DNA of 63,893 nucleotides, filler included, from Candidatus Woesearchaeota archaeon (lineage in GTDB: Archaea > Nanobdellota > Nanobdellia > Woesearchaeales > DATGWN01), in assembly GCA_047603125.1 (NCBI GenBank). It is 5 parts of 5 records of this genome, joined end to end, with 100 filler letters (N's around TTAATTAATTAA, not from the genome) between each part and the next. Parts side by side here need not be neighbours in the genome. Positions count along the whole stretch, not along the records: positions 43,794 to 57,409 come from JBLKOU010000029.1; positions 57,510 to 63,893 come from JBLKOU010000055.1; 3 more parts are not named here. One strand, given 5' to 3'. The translations under genes and the position numbers were made by a program. Shown here piece after piece: positions 53,521 to 63,824 of this stretch. The notes under the pieces were generated by a model, which ran no database searches, was not told the DNA's origin, and saw nothing but the letters and a program-made list of their open reading frames with translations. The first letter of the stretch is position 1; every line of letters begins with the position of its first letter.

Positions 53521-54522
53521 CTAATCATACGCTTTTTCTATAAGCGCAGTATTTTTTTCCAATGTCGCCCGCACAGGAGAAATAAGAGTTGTCATGCATG
53601 AGCTTACTGCTTGCTTGAGATCAAATGATGAGAGCTTTTTTTGCACAAAATCTGCTTCTAATGTCTCATATGTCTCATACACAATATCTCCACCATACTT
53701 TTGAGGACGAGAAATCTTTACTGATCCATATAATTCAAACAAAATATATTTACAAATTGGTAACAATCCATTTTGTACATCCCCATCCACACAATGTGCT
53801 TTTTGAATCTTTTTTTGTATGATGGCATCACTATCATCAAAATCAATTTTTGAATTTGGTTGCGAGGAACTCATCTTTCCACTTGCTCCAAGTCCCGGAA
53901 TTAGTGGATTCATCAAATGAATTCGTTTATTGTATCCAATTTTTGGAAGAAATTCTCTGGCAAACATGAATATTTTTCTCTGATCAACACCACCAAATTG
54001 CACATCCACACCTAAGTACTGCTCATCAAGAGCTTGCAAGACTGGATACAAAAGACTACTCATCTTTGGCGTTTCAATTTGTTTGACAACTTGTGCTCCA
54101 GCTTTTATTGTATCCCTTGTGGAAACAAGTGCACAGAGTTTATACATATCCAGAGTGTATTGTTCTTGTAATTGAAAATCTGTTCCCTTCACAAATTCGA
54201 GTTTTTCTATGGGTACTTTTGCAATCTTTAAAATTTCAGTAATCAGTAATTGATAAAATTGAGTTCGATATTCTAATTGATCCCACGTAGACTTCATATT
54301 GTCCAAATACGCGTGCATATTTGCAAATAAAATTTTCACCGTACAACCTGCACGTAAAAAATCAGCAATTTTTAAAACGGGAACAAGGTATCCAATTGAA
54401 GGTTTCCCAGTAGGTGCTGTACCCCAATAAATTACAGGGGAGCGAGTTTTAAGTAATTCTTGTAAATCCTGCTCGCCAACCACTTCTTGTAAATGCTTTG
54501 TTATGAGTTGGTATTTGTCCAT
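53521..54522 (-). CDS. tyrS: Tyrosyl-tRNA synthetase (archaeal/eukaryotic type)
   Basis: YWGTAPTG, LYPVLQALDE, QFGGVDQRKIF, KMSSS. Confidence 0.96.
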   Translation of the reverse strand: MDKYQLITKHLQEVVGEQDLQELLKTRSPVIYWGTAPTGKPSIGYLVPVLKIADFLRAGCTVKILFANMHAYLDNMKSTWDQLEYRTQFYQLLITEILKIAKVPIEKLEFVKGTDFQLQEQYTLDMYKLCALVSTRDTIKAGAQVVKQIETPKMSSLLYPVLQALDEQYLGVDVQFGGVDQRKIFMFAREFLPKIGYNKRIHLMNPLIPGLGASGKMSSSQPNSKIDFDDSDAIIQKKIQKAHCVDGDVQNGLLPICKYILFELYGSVKISRPQKYGGDIVYETYETLEADFVQKKLSSFDLKQAVSSCMTTLISPVRATLEKNTALIEKAYD

Positions 54523-54615
54523 AGAAACACCAACATCGTCGGACTTTATATTAATTGTGCTTTTTTTGACGAAAAAATAGAAAAGCATAAATAGGATTTG
54601 CAAAAGGAGGCTGTT

Positions 54616-55335
54616 ATGTTAAAAAAATATGAAAATTTACTAATAATCAACCCCAGACATTCTGCTCCATATAGATGCATGCCCCCACTCGCGCAACAAC
54701 TAAAAGCAATAGATAGAACGGTCTTAAGTGGTCTAGTTTCTCCCAGAAAAGGGGTTGAAAAGAAAATACAACTCTTCGAGTATTTTCTTGAACATGAAGA
54801 CCCCATTACAACGACTTTATTTGAAACGCAAACAAAACTTTTTGATATTTATGAGCTTGTTCGAAATGCCGTGAAAAAAAATCGTTGGCCAAATATTGGA
54901 AAAAATAAATTTGCAACAGATGATGCAGTACTATTATTAAAAAGACATGTTCCTAATATTCCCTTCGATTATCAAAAGCCCGGAGCAACACCCATTGATG
55001 CACTCATGACTTTTTCTGCAGGTGCAGGAGCATATGGTTTTTCTACTCTTCTTTTTGACGATCCACTTATCTGGGGAACTGCGGGATTTTTTGCAGGAGC
55101 AACTCACGGAATACATACAATAGTTACAAGAAATCGATCTTTATTTCACGATAGTGCATGGGATTATGCGAATCTTGAGCAAGCAAATATGGAATTTTAT
55201 AAAAATGGAGCACACGCATGCTGGGAACTCTTTACCTACAAAGATGTTCCTAGAAGAAAAATTAAACGACTCAGTACCTACAAATCTATTAGTGATTCTC
55301 TGAGTCCGTACGCAATGCCTGCTGTACATTCTTAA
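54616..55335 (+). CDS. Hypothetical protein
   Basis: 239-aa ORF with Gly-rich hydrophobic segments. Confidence 0.55.
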   Translation: MLKKYENLLIINPRHSAPYRCMPPLAQQLKAIDRTVLSGLVSPRKGVEKKIQLFEYFLEHEDPITTTLFETQTKLFDIYELVRNAVKKNRWPNIGKNKFATDDAVLLLKRHVPNIPFDYQKPGATPIDALMTFSAGAGAYGFSTLLFDDPLIWGTAGFFAGATHGIHTIVTRNRSLFHDSAWDYANLEQANMEFYKNGAHACWELFTYKDVPRRKIKRLSTYKSISDSLSPYAMPAVHS

Positions 55336-55879
55336 AATGCATTTTTACAAATTCATTTGCCACTAATTTTTTTTCTTTGAGTTGTTTAAGTGCATCTTGG
55401 ACATGTGTTGAGCCTTTTGGAAGTAAAAAGCCGGCTCTTTTGGAAAGTTCTTCTAGCTGTACAAGTGCTTGTTCTCTTGCTAAAATAGATGCTGCGCCAA
55501 CACTTATAAACAGCGATTCTGCGCGAAATTCTTGGATAGTTCCAACAGTACAACCAGGAAATTTATCCACAATGTGCAGTGGCTGATACCCTATTTGTTT
55601 GCAAATAGTCTCATACACTTGCGCGTGTAACGCGTTGAGCAGTGGTGTGAGTGATTTTTGATTATACTCTTTTGGATAAATTGAGCAAATTGCGTGCGGG
55701 CAAATGTCTTTAATTTGCTTTGCTAATAGACGAACCTTTTTATCAGATATTTTTTTAGAATCGCGAATACCCAAATCTAACAGTGCTTGTTCTTGTGCTT
55801 TTTCTACATACACACCGGCAACGACAATGCCACCAAATGTGTCTCCTTTTAACGATTCATCGCTTCCTATTGCATTCAT
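55289..55879 (-). CDS. RNase HIII-like protein (catalytic domain only)
   Basis: IGSDESLKGDTFG, DSKK, VDKF, AASILAR, LPKGS, K.HF. Confidence 0.85.
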   Translation of the reverse strand: MNAIGSDESLKGDTFGGIVVAGVYVEKAQEQALLDLGIRDSKKISDKKVRLLAKQIKDICPHAICSIYPKEYNQKSLTPLLNALHAQVYETICKQIGYQPLHIVDKFPGCTVGTIQEFRAESLFISVGAASILAREQALVQLEELSKRAGFLLPKGSTHVQDALKQLKEKKLVANEFVKMHFKNVQQALRTDSENH

Positions 55880-56544
55880 GAAAAAAATTTCCCCAAGGTG
55901 GTATTTTTCTTTGCTTGAGCAAGCTGTTCGTATGGTTTCCAATGCACACGAAAAAAATCAAACTTATCCCAATTTCGTTGTAAAAACATCTTTGTTACTG
56001 GGTCACTCGGGTATCCTGAACCAATTTGCTCATCTACTTGTGATTGCAAAGACTCTATTTCTCTATCCCTGGTAACTTTTGCAATAATTGATGCTGCACC
56101 CACAATTACATACTGGTCATCCGCGCGGTGTTCACAAACTATTGGACAAGGACAAAATTGCGAAAGGGAATTTGTGTATGCAATCACATTTGTTGATGGA
56201 CAATCAATAAACATACGCGCAGGCTGATGTTTTTTTACTTGTAAAAATAATTCTAAGGTCATCATATGCTCTATCTGATTTAAATTAACCTGTTCATCCA
56301 TCAAGGAATTTATTTTTTTTGCATCAAAGACAACAGTGTGCACAAAACAATGCTTGTGAATTTTTTCAAATAGTTCTTCACGTTTTTTTTTTGTTAATTT
56401 TTTTGAGTCTTTTATACCTAATGATTCTAAATAGGCTATATCACCACTACAAACCGCACACATGACAAGCGGTCCTAATACCGGTCCTCTTCCTGCCTCA
56501 TCAATACCGCAAAAGACTTGCGAGGATGTTTTCTTTTGTTTCAT
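55876..56544 (-). CDS. rnhB: Ribonuclease HII
   Basis: GIDEAGRGPVLGP, DSKKL, AASIIAKV.RD, GSGYPSDP. Confidence 0.96.
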   Translation of the reverse strand: MKQKKTSSQVFCGIDEAGRGPVLGPLVMCAVCSGDIAYLESLGIKDSKKLTKKKREELFEKIHKHCFVHTVVFDAKKINSLMDEQVNLNQIEHMMTLELFLQVKKHQPARMFIDCPSTNVIAYTNSLSQFCPCPIVCEHRADDQYVIVGAASIIAKVTRDREIESLQSQVDEQIGSGYPSDPVTKMFLQRNWDKFDFFRVHWKPYEQLAQAKKNTTLGKFFS

Positions 56545-57371
56545 GATACTAACCTTTTTGTAAATGTATTAATCCAATCATAGGATGTCTCATCAATGAA
56601 AACAATATCATATGATTGTTTAAACTTATCAATATAATCCACATCTCCATTGAGAAAGCCAATTTTGAGGCAATGTTGATGTGAAAAATGATTGGACATA
56701 TTTGCATCTGTTAACGAATCTCCCAAGAGCAATATATTTGTTTGTTTTATTTTAAGTTGTGGTAACTGTAATAATGAAGAATCATGCTTATTTAATGAAT
56801 GAATAATAAGCGAACGATACCCGATTACTTTTTTTTCTTGATATGCAAATTCATTTGCAAAAATAGTCATATTATCAAAAAGAATGTTTTTGTGCTTGAG
56901 AAAATGATAAATGACATCCTTAATTCCTGCAGAAAAAATTATTACCGGAATATTGTGTTTATGTAATAATTCTAGAAATTCTTTAACACCATCACGTAAG
57001 ACAAGCTGACCATCCGTTGCAGCTTGCTTGACAATGTCTTGTGTGAGTCCGTATTGAACAAAGAGTGTTAAATGTTTTTTCCACCATTCATTCATCAATT
57101 CATTTCGCTTATCCAAAGGACCATCGTGATCGTATTCAAATGGACCAAAATGTTGTTTGAGTGCGAATGCTTTTTGCACATACTCAGGATTAATGTAATC
57201 ACCATGACGAAAAACACCGATTGCGTTGACTGTTGGCCGATTATTGGAAACTGCTTTTGTGAGTGTTTTATCAAAATCAGCGACAACAAAAAAGTTCCCT
57301 CGTAGTTGCTGCTGCTTTTTTTCTAGCACAGAACTATCAAATAATGGCTCCATACTACGAATGGAAAGCAT
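56541..57371 (-). CDS. Pyrimidine 5'-nucleotidase (UMPH-1/NT5C3-like HAD); start may be 57353
   Basis: DFDKTLT, MNEWW, LRDG, FSAG, IHSLNK, LLGDS..D..M, KIGFLN. Confidence 0.88.
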   Translation of the reverse strand: MLSIRSMEPLFDSSVLEKKQQQLRGNFFVVADFDKTLTKAVSNNRPTVNAIGVFRHGDYINPEYVQKAFALKQHFGPFEYDHDGPLDKRNELMNEWWKKHLTLFVQYGLTQDIVKQAATDGQLVLRDGVKEFLELLHKHNIPVIIFSAGIKDVIYHFLKHKNILFDNMTIFANEFAYQEKKVIGYRSLIIHSLNKHDSSLLQLPQLKIKQTNILLLGDSLTDANMSNHFSHQHCLKIGFLNGDVDYIDKFKQSYDIVFIDETSYDWINTFTKRLVS

Positions 57372-57409
57372 AAACTATATAAATATTCTGTTAGTGGCTT
57401 TTTCTATGA

Positions 57410-57509
57410 NNNNNNNNNNNNNNNNNNNNNNNNNNNNNNNNNNNNNNNNNNNNTTAATTAATTAANNNNNNNNNNNNNNNNNNNNNNNNNNNNNNNNNNN
57501 NNNNNNNNN
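57410..57509. other. Artificial contig spacer
   Basis: N-run + TTAATTAATTAA + N-run. Confidence 0.99.
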
Positions 57510-57579
57510 GCCGCAATTTATTCCCAGTCAAATCCGTGTAAGGAAATGGGATGACAACTATATCTTTTTGATTATACAT
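57510..57579 (-). CDS. PemK/MazF-family toxin, N-terminal fragment (contig edge; absent from ORF track)
   Basis: Translates as MYNQKDIVVIPFPYTDLTGNKLR; overlaps the antitoxin stop. Confidence 0.8.
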
Positions 57580-57793
57580 CGTTCCAAATTTCATCCACAG
57601 AATTATCCCATTCTTTTTTGAGAACTTCTTGCGATGCCAACATTGTTAAAGCACCTTCATTATTTTCCAAAGAATCTAACTCGTCCAAGCGCTTTTTGAT
57701 GGTTTTTCTCACAAATTCACTCCATCTAATATCTGAGTGAGCTTTCATGCGCTTATATACCGCAGAATCTATTGCAAGGGTTATGTTTGTCAT
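57572..57793 (-). CDS. Putative antitoxin (RHH-like)
   Basis: MTNITL.I...MK.H.DI.WSE; LASQEVLKKEWD...DEIW tail. Confidence 0.8.
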   Translation of the reverse strand: MTNITLAIDSAVYKRMKAHSDIRWSEFVRKTIKKRLDELDSLENNEGALTMLASQEVLKKEWDNSVDEIWNDV

Positions 57794-57900
57794 AAATAAG
57801 TGAATTCACTTATTTTTTATAAAGTTTTGCGTCTTTTTCTTGAAATTCTTTCGGATTTTTTTCGTGAAAGTATATTAAAGGTACGAACACCTTTACACGC

Positions 57901-58452
57901 ATGCATAAAGACGTTTTACCAGATTTAAAAAGTAAAATCCACACCATTCGTGAAAAGCAAGTCATGCTTGATAGAGATTTGGCTGAGATGTATGGAGTGG
58001 AGACGAGAGTCTTAAATCAGACTGTTAAAAGAAATATAGAACGTTTTCCAGAGGAATTTTGCTTTCAATTAAGTAGTGATGAGTACAATATACTATACTC
58101 CTTTAATAAACAGAACTTGAAATCACAAAATGTGACATCAAGTTGGGGAGGAATTAGAAAATTACCTTACGCTTTTACAGAACAAGGGGTTTCAATGCTC
58201 TCCGCTGTTTTAAAAAGCAAAAAAGCAATTCAAATCAGCATTCAAATAATAAAAGCATTCGTTGCAATGCGACATTTCTTACTAAAAAATGCAAATATCT
58301 TTGCTCGATTAGACTCTGTAGAGCGTAAACAAATTGAATATCAAATTAAGAGTGATGATAATTTCACTAAACTCTTCACCGCACTAGAAAGTAAGCAATT
58401 AACCCCAAATCAAGGCATTTTCTATGATGGGCAGATTTATGATGGCCCTTGA
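57901..58452 (+). CDS. ORF6N-domain protein, C-terminally truncated paralog
   Basis: IR..QVMLDRDLA..YGVET..LNQ.VKRN..RFP, AFTEQGV. Confidence 0.88.
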   Translation: MHKDVLPDLKSKIHTIREKQVMLDRDLAEMYGVETRVLNQTVKRNIERFPEEFCFQLSSDEYNILYSFNKQNLKSQNVTSSWGGIRKLPYAFTEQGVSMLSAVLKSKKAIQISIQIIKAFVAMRHFLLKNANIFARLDSVERKQIEYQIKSDDNFTKLFTALESKQLTPNQGIFYDGQIYDGP

Positions 58453-58545
58453 GAAAAAAATAAAGTTGAAATTCAAGCATCGAGGAGAATAATGCATTGG
58501 ACAAATGTGCACGAAGTATTTAAATACCGATATAGGTTTACTAGT

Positions 58546-59373
58546 ATGATGTCAAAAGAAAAAGCAGTAAGATTATTTCAAGATAAGAAAGTAAGAGTTC
58601 ATTGGGACCAGGATAAAGAAAAATGGTTTTTTTCTATTGTTGATGTAATAGGTATATTAACAGAAAGTCCAAATGCTAGAAAGTATTGGAGTGTCTTAAA
58701 AAATAGACTAAAAAATGAAGGAAATCAGTTGGCTACAGATTGTAGTCAACTGAAACTTTTATCTTCAGATGGAAAATATTACAAAACAGATGTAGCAGAT
58801 ACTGAACAATTATTAAGATTAATACAATCAATTCCATCCAAAAATGCAGAACCGTTTAAATTATGGCTTGCAAAAGTTGGAAATGAAAGAATTGATGAAA
58901 CAGAAGATCCCGAAATTGCCATAAACAGGGCATTAGAGACATATAAAAGAAAAGGTTATTCTAATGAGTGGATTAATCAACGTTTGAAATCAATCGATAT
59001 TAGAAAAGAACTGACAGAGGAGTGGCAAAGAAGTGGTATTCAAAAACAGACTGATTTTGCAATCCTTACAAACGAGATTACTAAAGCATGGTCTGGAAAA
59101 ACGGTTAAGGAATATAAAAAGCTTAAAGATCTTAAGAAAGAAAATTTAAAAGATAATATGAGTAACATGGAATTGGTTTTAAATATGCTTGCAGAAGTAA
59201 GCACAAAAGAGATATCTAAGTCTAAAAATCCTAAAACATTTGACGAAAGCAGAATTGTCGCGAAGGAAGGCGGTTCAATAGCAGGAAATGCCAGACAAGA
59301 GATTGAGAAAGAAACGAGGAAAAGTATAATTAGCTCCAAAAATAACTTAAATCAAAAAAAGAAAATTAATTGA
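58546..59373 (+). CDS. Bro-N domain antirepressor-like protein
   Basis: WFFSIVDV, YWSVLK.RL, RLIQSIPS..AEPFKLWLA. Confidence 0.88.
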   Translation: MMSKEKAVRLFQDKKVRVHWDQDKEKWFFSIVDVIGILTESPNARKYWSVLKNRLKNEGNQLATDCSQLKLLSSDGKYYKTDVADTEQLLRLIQSIPSKNAEPFKLWLAKVGNERIDETEDPEIAINRALETYKRKGYSNEWINQRLKSIDIRKELTEEWQRSGIQKQTDFAILTNEITKAWSGKTVKEYKKLKDLKKENLKDNMSNMELVLNMLAEVSTKEISKSKNPKTFDESRIVAKEGGSIAGNARQEIEKETRKSIISSKNNLNQKKKIN

Positions 59374-59504
59374 ACATGAGGTGAATTTTAGTAAAAGAGT
59401 TACGTAAGATCAAACTAAACATACTAAAAAACCTTCAACTTACATGAAATTCTTTCGGATTTTTTTCGTGAAAGTATATCAAAGATGCCGATCCTTCTAC
59501 ACAT

Positions 59505-60371
59505 ATGAATAATGACGTTTTACCTGATTTAAAAAGTAAAATCCACACCATTCGTGGAAAGCAAGTTATGCTTGATAGGGATTTGGCGCAGCTGTATGGG
59601 GTTGAGACTAAAAGACTAAATGAGCAAGTTAAGAGAAATAGCGAACGTTTTCCGGAAGACTTTTGCTTCCAATTAAATAATGATGAGTTTAATGAAATCT
59701 TGAGGTCGCAATTTGCGACCTCAAATTCTGATTGGGGAGGGATACGATATTTTCCATATGCATTTACTGAGCAAGGTGTTGCCACACTTTCAGGTGTGCT
59801 GAAAAGTAAAAAGGCAATCCAAACAAATATTCAAATTATGCGGGCATTCGTTGCAATGCGGCATTTCTTACTAAAAAATGCAAATATCTTTGCTCGATTA
59901 GACTCTGTAGAGCGTAAACAAATTGAATATCAAATTAAGAGTGATGATAATTTCACTAAACTCTTCACCGCACTTGAAAGTAAACAACTCACTCCAAAAC
60001 AAGGTATTTTCTATGATGGGCAGATTTATGATGCTCATGTTTTTGTTGTTGATTTGATTAAGCAGGCAAGGAGAGATATAATTCTGATTGACCCATATAT
60101 AGACACTTCAGTAATAACTCTGATGTCACACAAAGCAAACGATGTAAAAGTAACTATACACACAAAAGAATTATCTGATAAACTTAAGCTAGCTGAGAAA
60201 AAGTTCAATAAACAATATGCCAATCTAACGATAAATGAATTCACGAAATCACACGATAGATTCTTAATAATTGACAAAAAAACATATCACATCGGTGCAT
60301 CTTTAAAAGATTTGGGAAAGAAATGGTTTGCATTTTCAAAGATGAAACTTCAAATCAAGCACATCTACTGA
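59505..60371 (+). CDS. ORF6N-domain protein with C-terminal PLD-like domain
   Basis: ORF6N motifs; IDPY, HDRFLIID, GASLKDLGKK. Confidence 0.9.
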   Translation: MNNDVLPDLKSKIHTIRGKQVMLDRDLAQLYGVETKRLNEQVKRNSERFPEDFCFQLNNDEFNEILRSQFATSNSDWGGIRYFPYAFTEQGVATLSGVLKSKKAIQTNIQIMRAFVAMRHFLLKNANIFARLDSVERKQIEYQIKSDDNFTKLFTALESKQLTPKQGIFYDGQIYDAHVFVVDLIKQARRDIILIDPYIDTSVITLMSHKANDVKVTIHTKELSDKLKLAEKKFNKQYANLTINEFTKSHDRFLIIDKKTYHIGASLKDLGKKWFAFSKMKLQIKHIY

Positions 60372-63181
60372 TTCACATTTCTTGTATACACAATCCATCG
60401 CTGCCCATTAATCATGTCAACGCGATCAAATTCCGTAACATATTCGTGCATTCCTGCACCACCGTAGAAAAATAATTTTGTAAATGTTGAGGCAATAAGC
60501 TCATCTTGTGCAAGTAAAACAAAGTATCTGCCTTGTTCTTGACTAATTGTGAGAGATATGCCCGTCGTTTGCTCATTTTGCTCAACCAAGTCATATATTT
60601 GCCCATCTGTGAAAAAAACTCTATCAGGAGAAACGCGTCCTTGCTGATTTCCTTCAACAAAAAGCATAGATATATCAGTTAAATTCTGTGTAAATTCAAC
60701 TGTCGCAATACCTGAATTCTGGCTGAGTCCAATTTGCACTTCACAAGTGATCGATTCTCCATCTTGGGTACATGCCCGCTTTGCACTTCGAGAACTTCCT
60801 AAAAACTGCGGATACGTTGCAATCCATTCATTTCCTTGTCGCTCTGAAAAGCCTCGTAATTGTGTTTGTAATTGTCGTGCTTGAATAGGCGTATAATTAA
60901 ATGTTTCTTGAGCAAATGTTAAGAATTCAGGTCTATTTCGTAATCTCCATGCCTGTGCTCGCTCAAAATCCCATAACCCAAAATGACCCCATACTGGTGC
61001 TTTTCCAATCATATCTTCAGAAGCAACCCAGAAACTTTCAACTTCTGGTTCACAATGCGTTGAATCAATAATCGTATCTGGTAAATTCTGTTCTTGTGCA
61101 TACGCTAATGCCTGCTCTCGTGATTCTTGCGCGATTAATGTTTTTGTAATATTGATTGCTTGCAACGGATTAGGTTCTAATTCATTAATTATTTCAAACG
61201 CACCATTTGCATTACAATTAAGCATTCGTGAAATATCATTGAATTCTTTTGGATCTTCCGTTGTTAACGCTTGCGCAAGCCAATACGATTGAGGATTATT
61301 TTGTGTACTCCCGTCAGCCGTTGCTCCTCTTCGCGCCACACCTGTGAAATGGTGTCCAAAGTCCCACCAGCTTGAGATGATTGCGTCTTCTTGTGAGTTT
61401 TCTTGAATGTTAATAAGCAAATTATATTGATCATCATTCATCATCGGTAAGAGACCCGAGTGTAGCGGACCTTGTAACATGGATAATCCAGTTACTTGTC
61501 CGAATGCCGAATCATATTGAGGAACAATTAAAACAAGCGAGCCTATGATAATTATTACCAAGACTGTCCAATACACCACCTTATCTTCAATTTGATTTTG
61601 AGTGAATCGAATAATCTGTCCAAATGCAACTCCCGCTGCAAGTGCAAATGCAGGTGCAAAAAGTATTTGAAATCGTACAGCAACAATTGCCATTGCTAAA
61701 GTAATAACAAACCATGCAATTAAAAACGAAGGTAATGTATAATTAATTTTTGACTCATGTTTAATTTTACTTGTAAAGTATAATAAAATCATCCCTGCAA
61801 ATGCAAGAAGAATAAAAAATCCTGTGAATTGAAATGTTGCCGAATTAATCGCCTGTGAGAATGTACTCGGATTGAGTTCTGCAACTGTTGTCATAATATT
61901 TGGAAATAATGTTGGATTTGCTGCAGTTGTAAAACGATCCAACGATGTAAAAGGTGTAAGTATTAATTGCACAACTCGAGAAAAACCGCTAAATATTGTA
62001 ACAAACAATGCTGTTGCGAGAACAAAAACCACCCCGACATGCACCATTTGCACAAATGGCTTTGCAAAAAATTCAGCTTGCATACGCTTGGAAAGTGCAA
62101 CGCGAACAATATATACAATCGCATAGATTGCTGCAACTGTAAATAATGTAATCATCACTTCTTGACTTCTCACTTGTGTGTATGTCATAAACAAACTTGC
62201 AATCACAGCTCCAATACCGACAGTAATTGCGCGCCATGTCCAATTCTCTTTTGCTAAGATATAACTCAGTAAATATAAGCCAAAACCTGCTACCACAACA
62301 TAAAAGATAAACCACCAACCAGACCAAGCATACGCGAAAAGTCCTACTGCCAATCCTGCTAACGCGCTAAAGAGTGATTTTTGCCAAAGCTTTGTCGCTA
62401 AAATTGCTTCAACAATCATCCATATTGCTAAAACAGGAAAGAGCATATTCCATCCATCCGTTGAGGAAAAACCGCCAACAGTTCGCATGACAGCTAATGG
62501 GTGAAATGCCAAAAGTGTTGCTGCAAAAAATCCTGCAAAGTCGCCCGCTAATCGTCGTGCTAAAAAAAACATTGAGATAATTGCAAGCGACATTAAAAAG
62601 ACCGGGAGATAAAAATACGTTGTGTGAAGTGGCGTATCTGTAAAAATATTAATGAATCTATGATAGTAATACGAGAATTGAATATGAAAATCATCTGCTG
62701 CTCGAAACATATCCTCAGGTGTTGGTGCGAGGCGAAGATTTGAATACGAAATACCATCCTCCCCTATATACTCCCCCGGATGCCCATTTGTGAGCATATT
62801 GTCTAAAATACGGTAATAATAATACGGATCTAATTCAAGTAAATAGGTTTGCCCGTCTTCATGTTGAAATGCCTGTTTATATTGTCTACTGAGTTGCTGT
62901 ACCTGCGCGTCAAAGGCTTGTCGGTCTTGCTCTATGAGTTGTGCTAATTGTCGATTGATTTCTTGTTGCTGTGCCTGTGGTGATGAAAACGGCATTTGTG
63001 CTTGCACTTGCTGTGCAATTTGTTGCTGCAAGCTTGAGAGCACTGCATTTTCAGCCAAAAAGTCAGTTTGTGCCAGTTCTCCCGTTGCCATGCGAACCTG
63101 AGAACCAAAATAGACGGGAATAAAAAGTAAGATAAGAAGTAAAACGAGCATAAAACCTTGTTTTTGTGTAATCATTAGCAT
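60365..63181 (-). CDS. aglB: Oligosaccharyltransferase AglB (STT3)
   Basis: DPYYYYR, TVAE, SWWDFG, multiple TM helices. Confidence 0.95.
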   Translation of the reverse strand: MLMITQKQGFMLVLLLILLFIPVYFGSQVRMATGELAQTDFLAENAVLSSLQQQIAQQVQAQMPFSSPQAQQQEINRQLAQLIEQDRQAFDAQVQQLSRQYKQAFQHEDGQTYLLELDPYYYYRILDNMLTNGHPGEYIGEDGISYSNLRLAPTPEDMFRAADDFHIQFSYYYHRFINIFTDTPLHTTYFYLPVFLMSLAIISMFFLARRLAGDFAGFFAATLLAFHPLAVMRTVGGFSSTDGWNMLFPVLAIWMIVEAILATKLWQKSLFSALAGLAVGLFAYAWSGWWFIFYVVVAGFGLYLLSYILAKENWTWRAITVGIGAVIASLFMTYTQVRSQEVMITLFTVAAIYAIVYIVRVALSKRMQAEFFAKPFVQMVHVGVVFVLATALFVTIFSGFSRVVQLILTPFTSLDRFTTAANPTLFPNIMTTVAELNPSTFSQAINSATFQFTGFFILLAFAGMILLYFTSKIKHESKINYTLPSFLIAWFVITLAMAIVAVRFQILFAPAFALAAGVAFGQIIRFTQNQIEDKVVYWTVLVIIIIGSLVLIVPQYDSAFGQVTGLSMLQGPLHSGLLPMMNDDQYNLLINIQENSQEDAIISSWWDFGHHFTGVARRGATADGSTQNNPQSYWLAQALTTEDPKEFNDISRMLNCNANGAFEIINELEPNPLQAINITKTLIAQESREQALAYAQEQNLPDTIIDSTHCEPEVESFWVASEDMIGKAPVWGHFGLWDFERAQAWRLRNRPEFLTFAQETFNYTPIQARQLQTQLRGFSERQGNEWIATYPQFLGSSRSAKRACTQDGESITCEVQIGLSQNSGIATVEFTQNLTDISMLFVEGNQQGRVSPDRVFFTDGQIYDLVEQNEQTTGISLTISQEQGRYFVLLAQDELIASTFTKLFFYGGAGMHEYVTEFDRVDMINGQRWIVYTRNVNQ

Positions 63182-63264
63182 TTGTGTTTTCTTTTTATTT
63201 AAAAAAGTTTGGCTCGAAATTGGATATCATAAAGGAATTGATTGAGCAGAATAAGATTATACAC

Positions 63265-63558
63265 TTAATCCTTCTTTCTGAGAAACCTTTTCTGATGATT
63301 CTTCGTGCCAAATGCTTCAATTATAATTAAACCATCAAAAATTGTATCATACACTATAACTGTCCCTTCTTTTACAATATAATATATGCGAAGATTCGGA
63401 TACTTTAATTCATACTTCTCATGATTTGTCAAATATTTACCAAGAAATGGATTTGTTGCAAGCGAATCAATATCACGCATAATTTTCTCTTTCAGAGGAT
63501 GTTTTCTCAGTTTTTTTATAATTTTTTCAAAACCCAATGTTTCTATATGAAAATTCAT
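63265..63558 (-). CDS. RelE/ParE-family toxin
   Basis: L..NPFLGK.L, LRIYY, GTK..Q; overlaps the upstream antitoxin. Confidence 0.75.
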   Translation of the reverse strand: MNFHIETLGFEKIIKKLRKHPLKEKIMRDIDSLATNPFLGKYLTNHEKYELKYPNLRIYYIVKEGTVIVYDTIFDGLIIIEAFGTKNHQKRFLRKKD

Positions 63559-63824
63559 TCAAGCAATTCCCGTTTTATTTGATCCCACGATTTGCTCTCA
63601 CCACTAGCAACTTTTTCAAGAATTTTTCTGTGATACGTGTCAGCCTTTGTCGAAGATTCATGAAGCGTAAGCAATTTACTTGCATACTTCTTCAACACAT
63701 ATGTTTGATTTTTCTCATAAGATGCATACAGTCTTTCAATAATATCATTATAACTCTCCGATTTTAAACCAATTTCATCAAGTTTGGCTTTAAGTTCTTT
63801 TTTAATAGTTATAGTAGTATTCAT
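63555..63824 (-). CDS. Antitoxin (RHH-like)
   Basis: TTITI...LK.KL......ESY.DII.RL; SWDQIKREL tail. Confidence 0.75.
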   Translation of the reverse strand: MNTTITIKKELKAKLDEIGLKSESYNDIIERLYASYEKNQTYVLKKYASKLLTLHESSTKADTYHRKILEKVASGESKSWDQIKRELLE

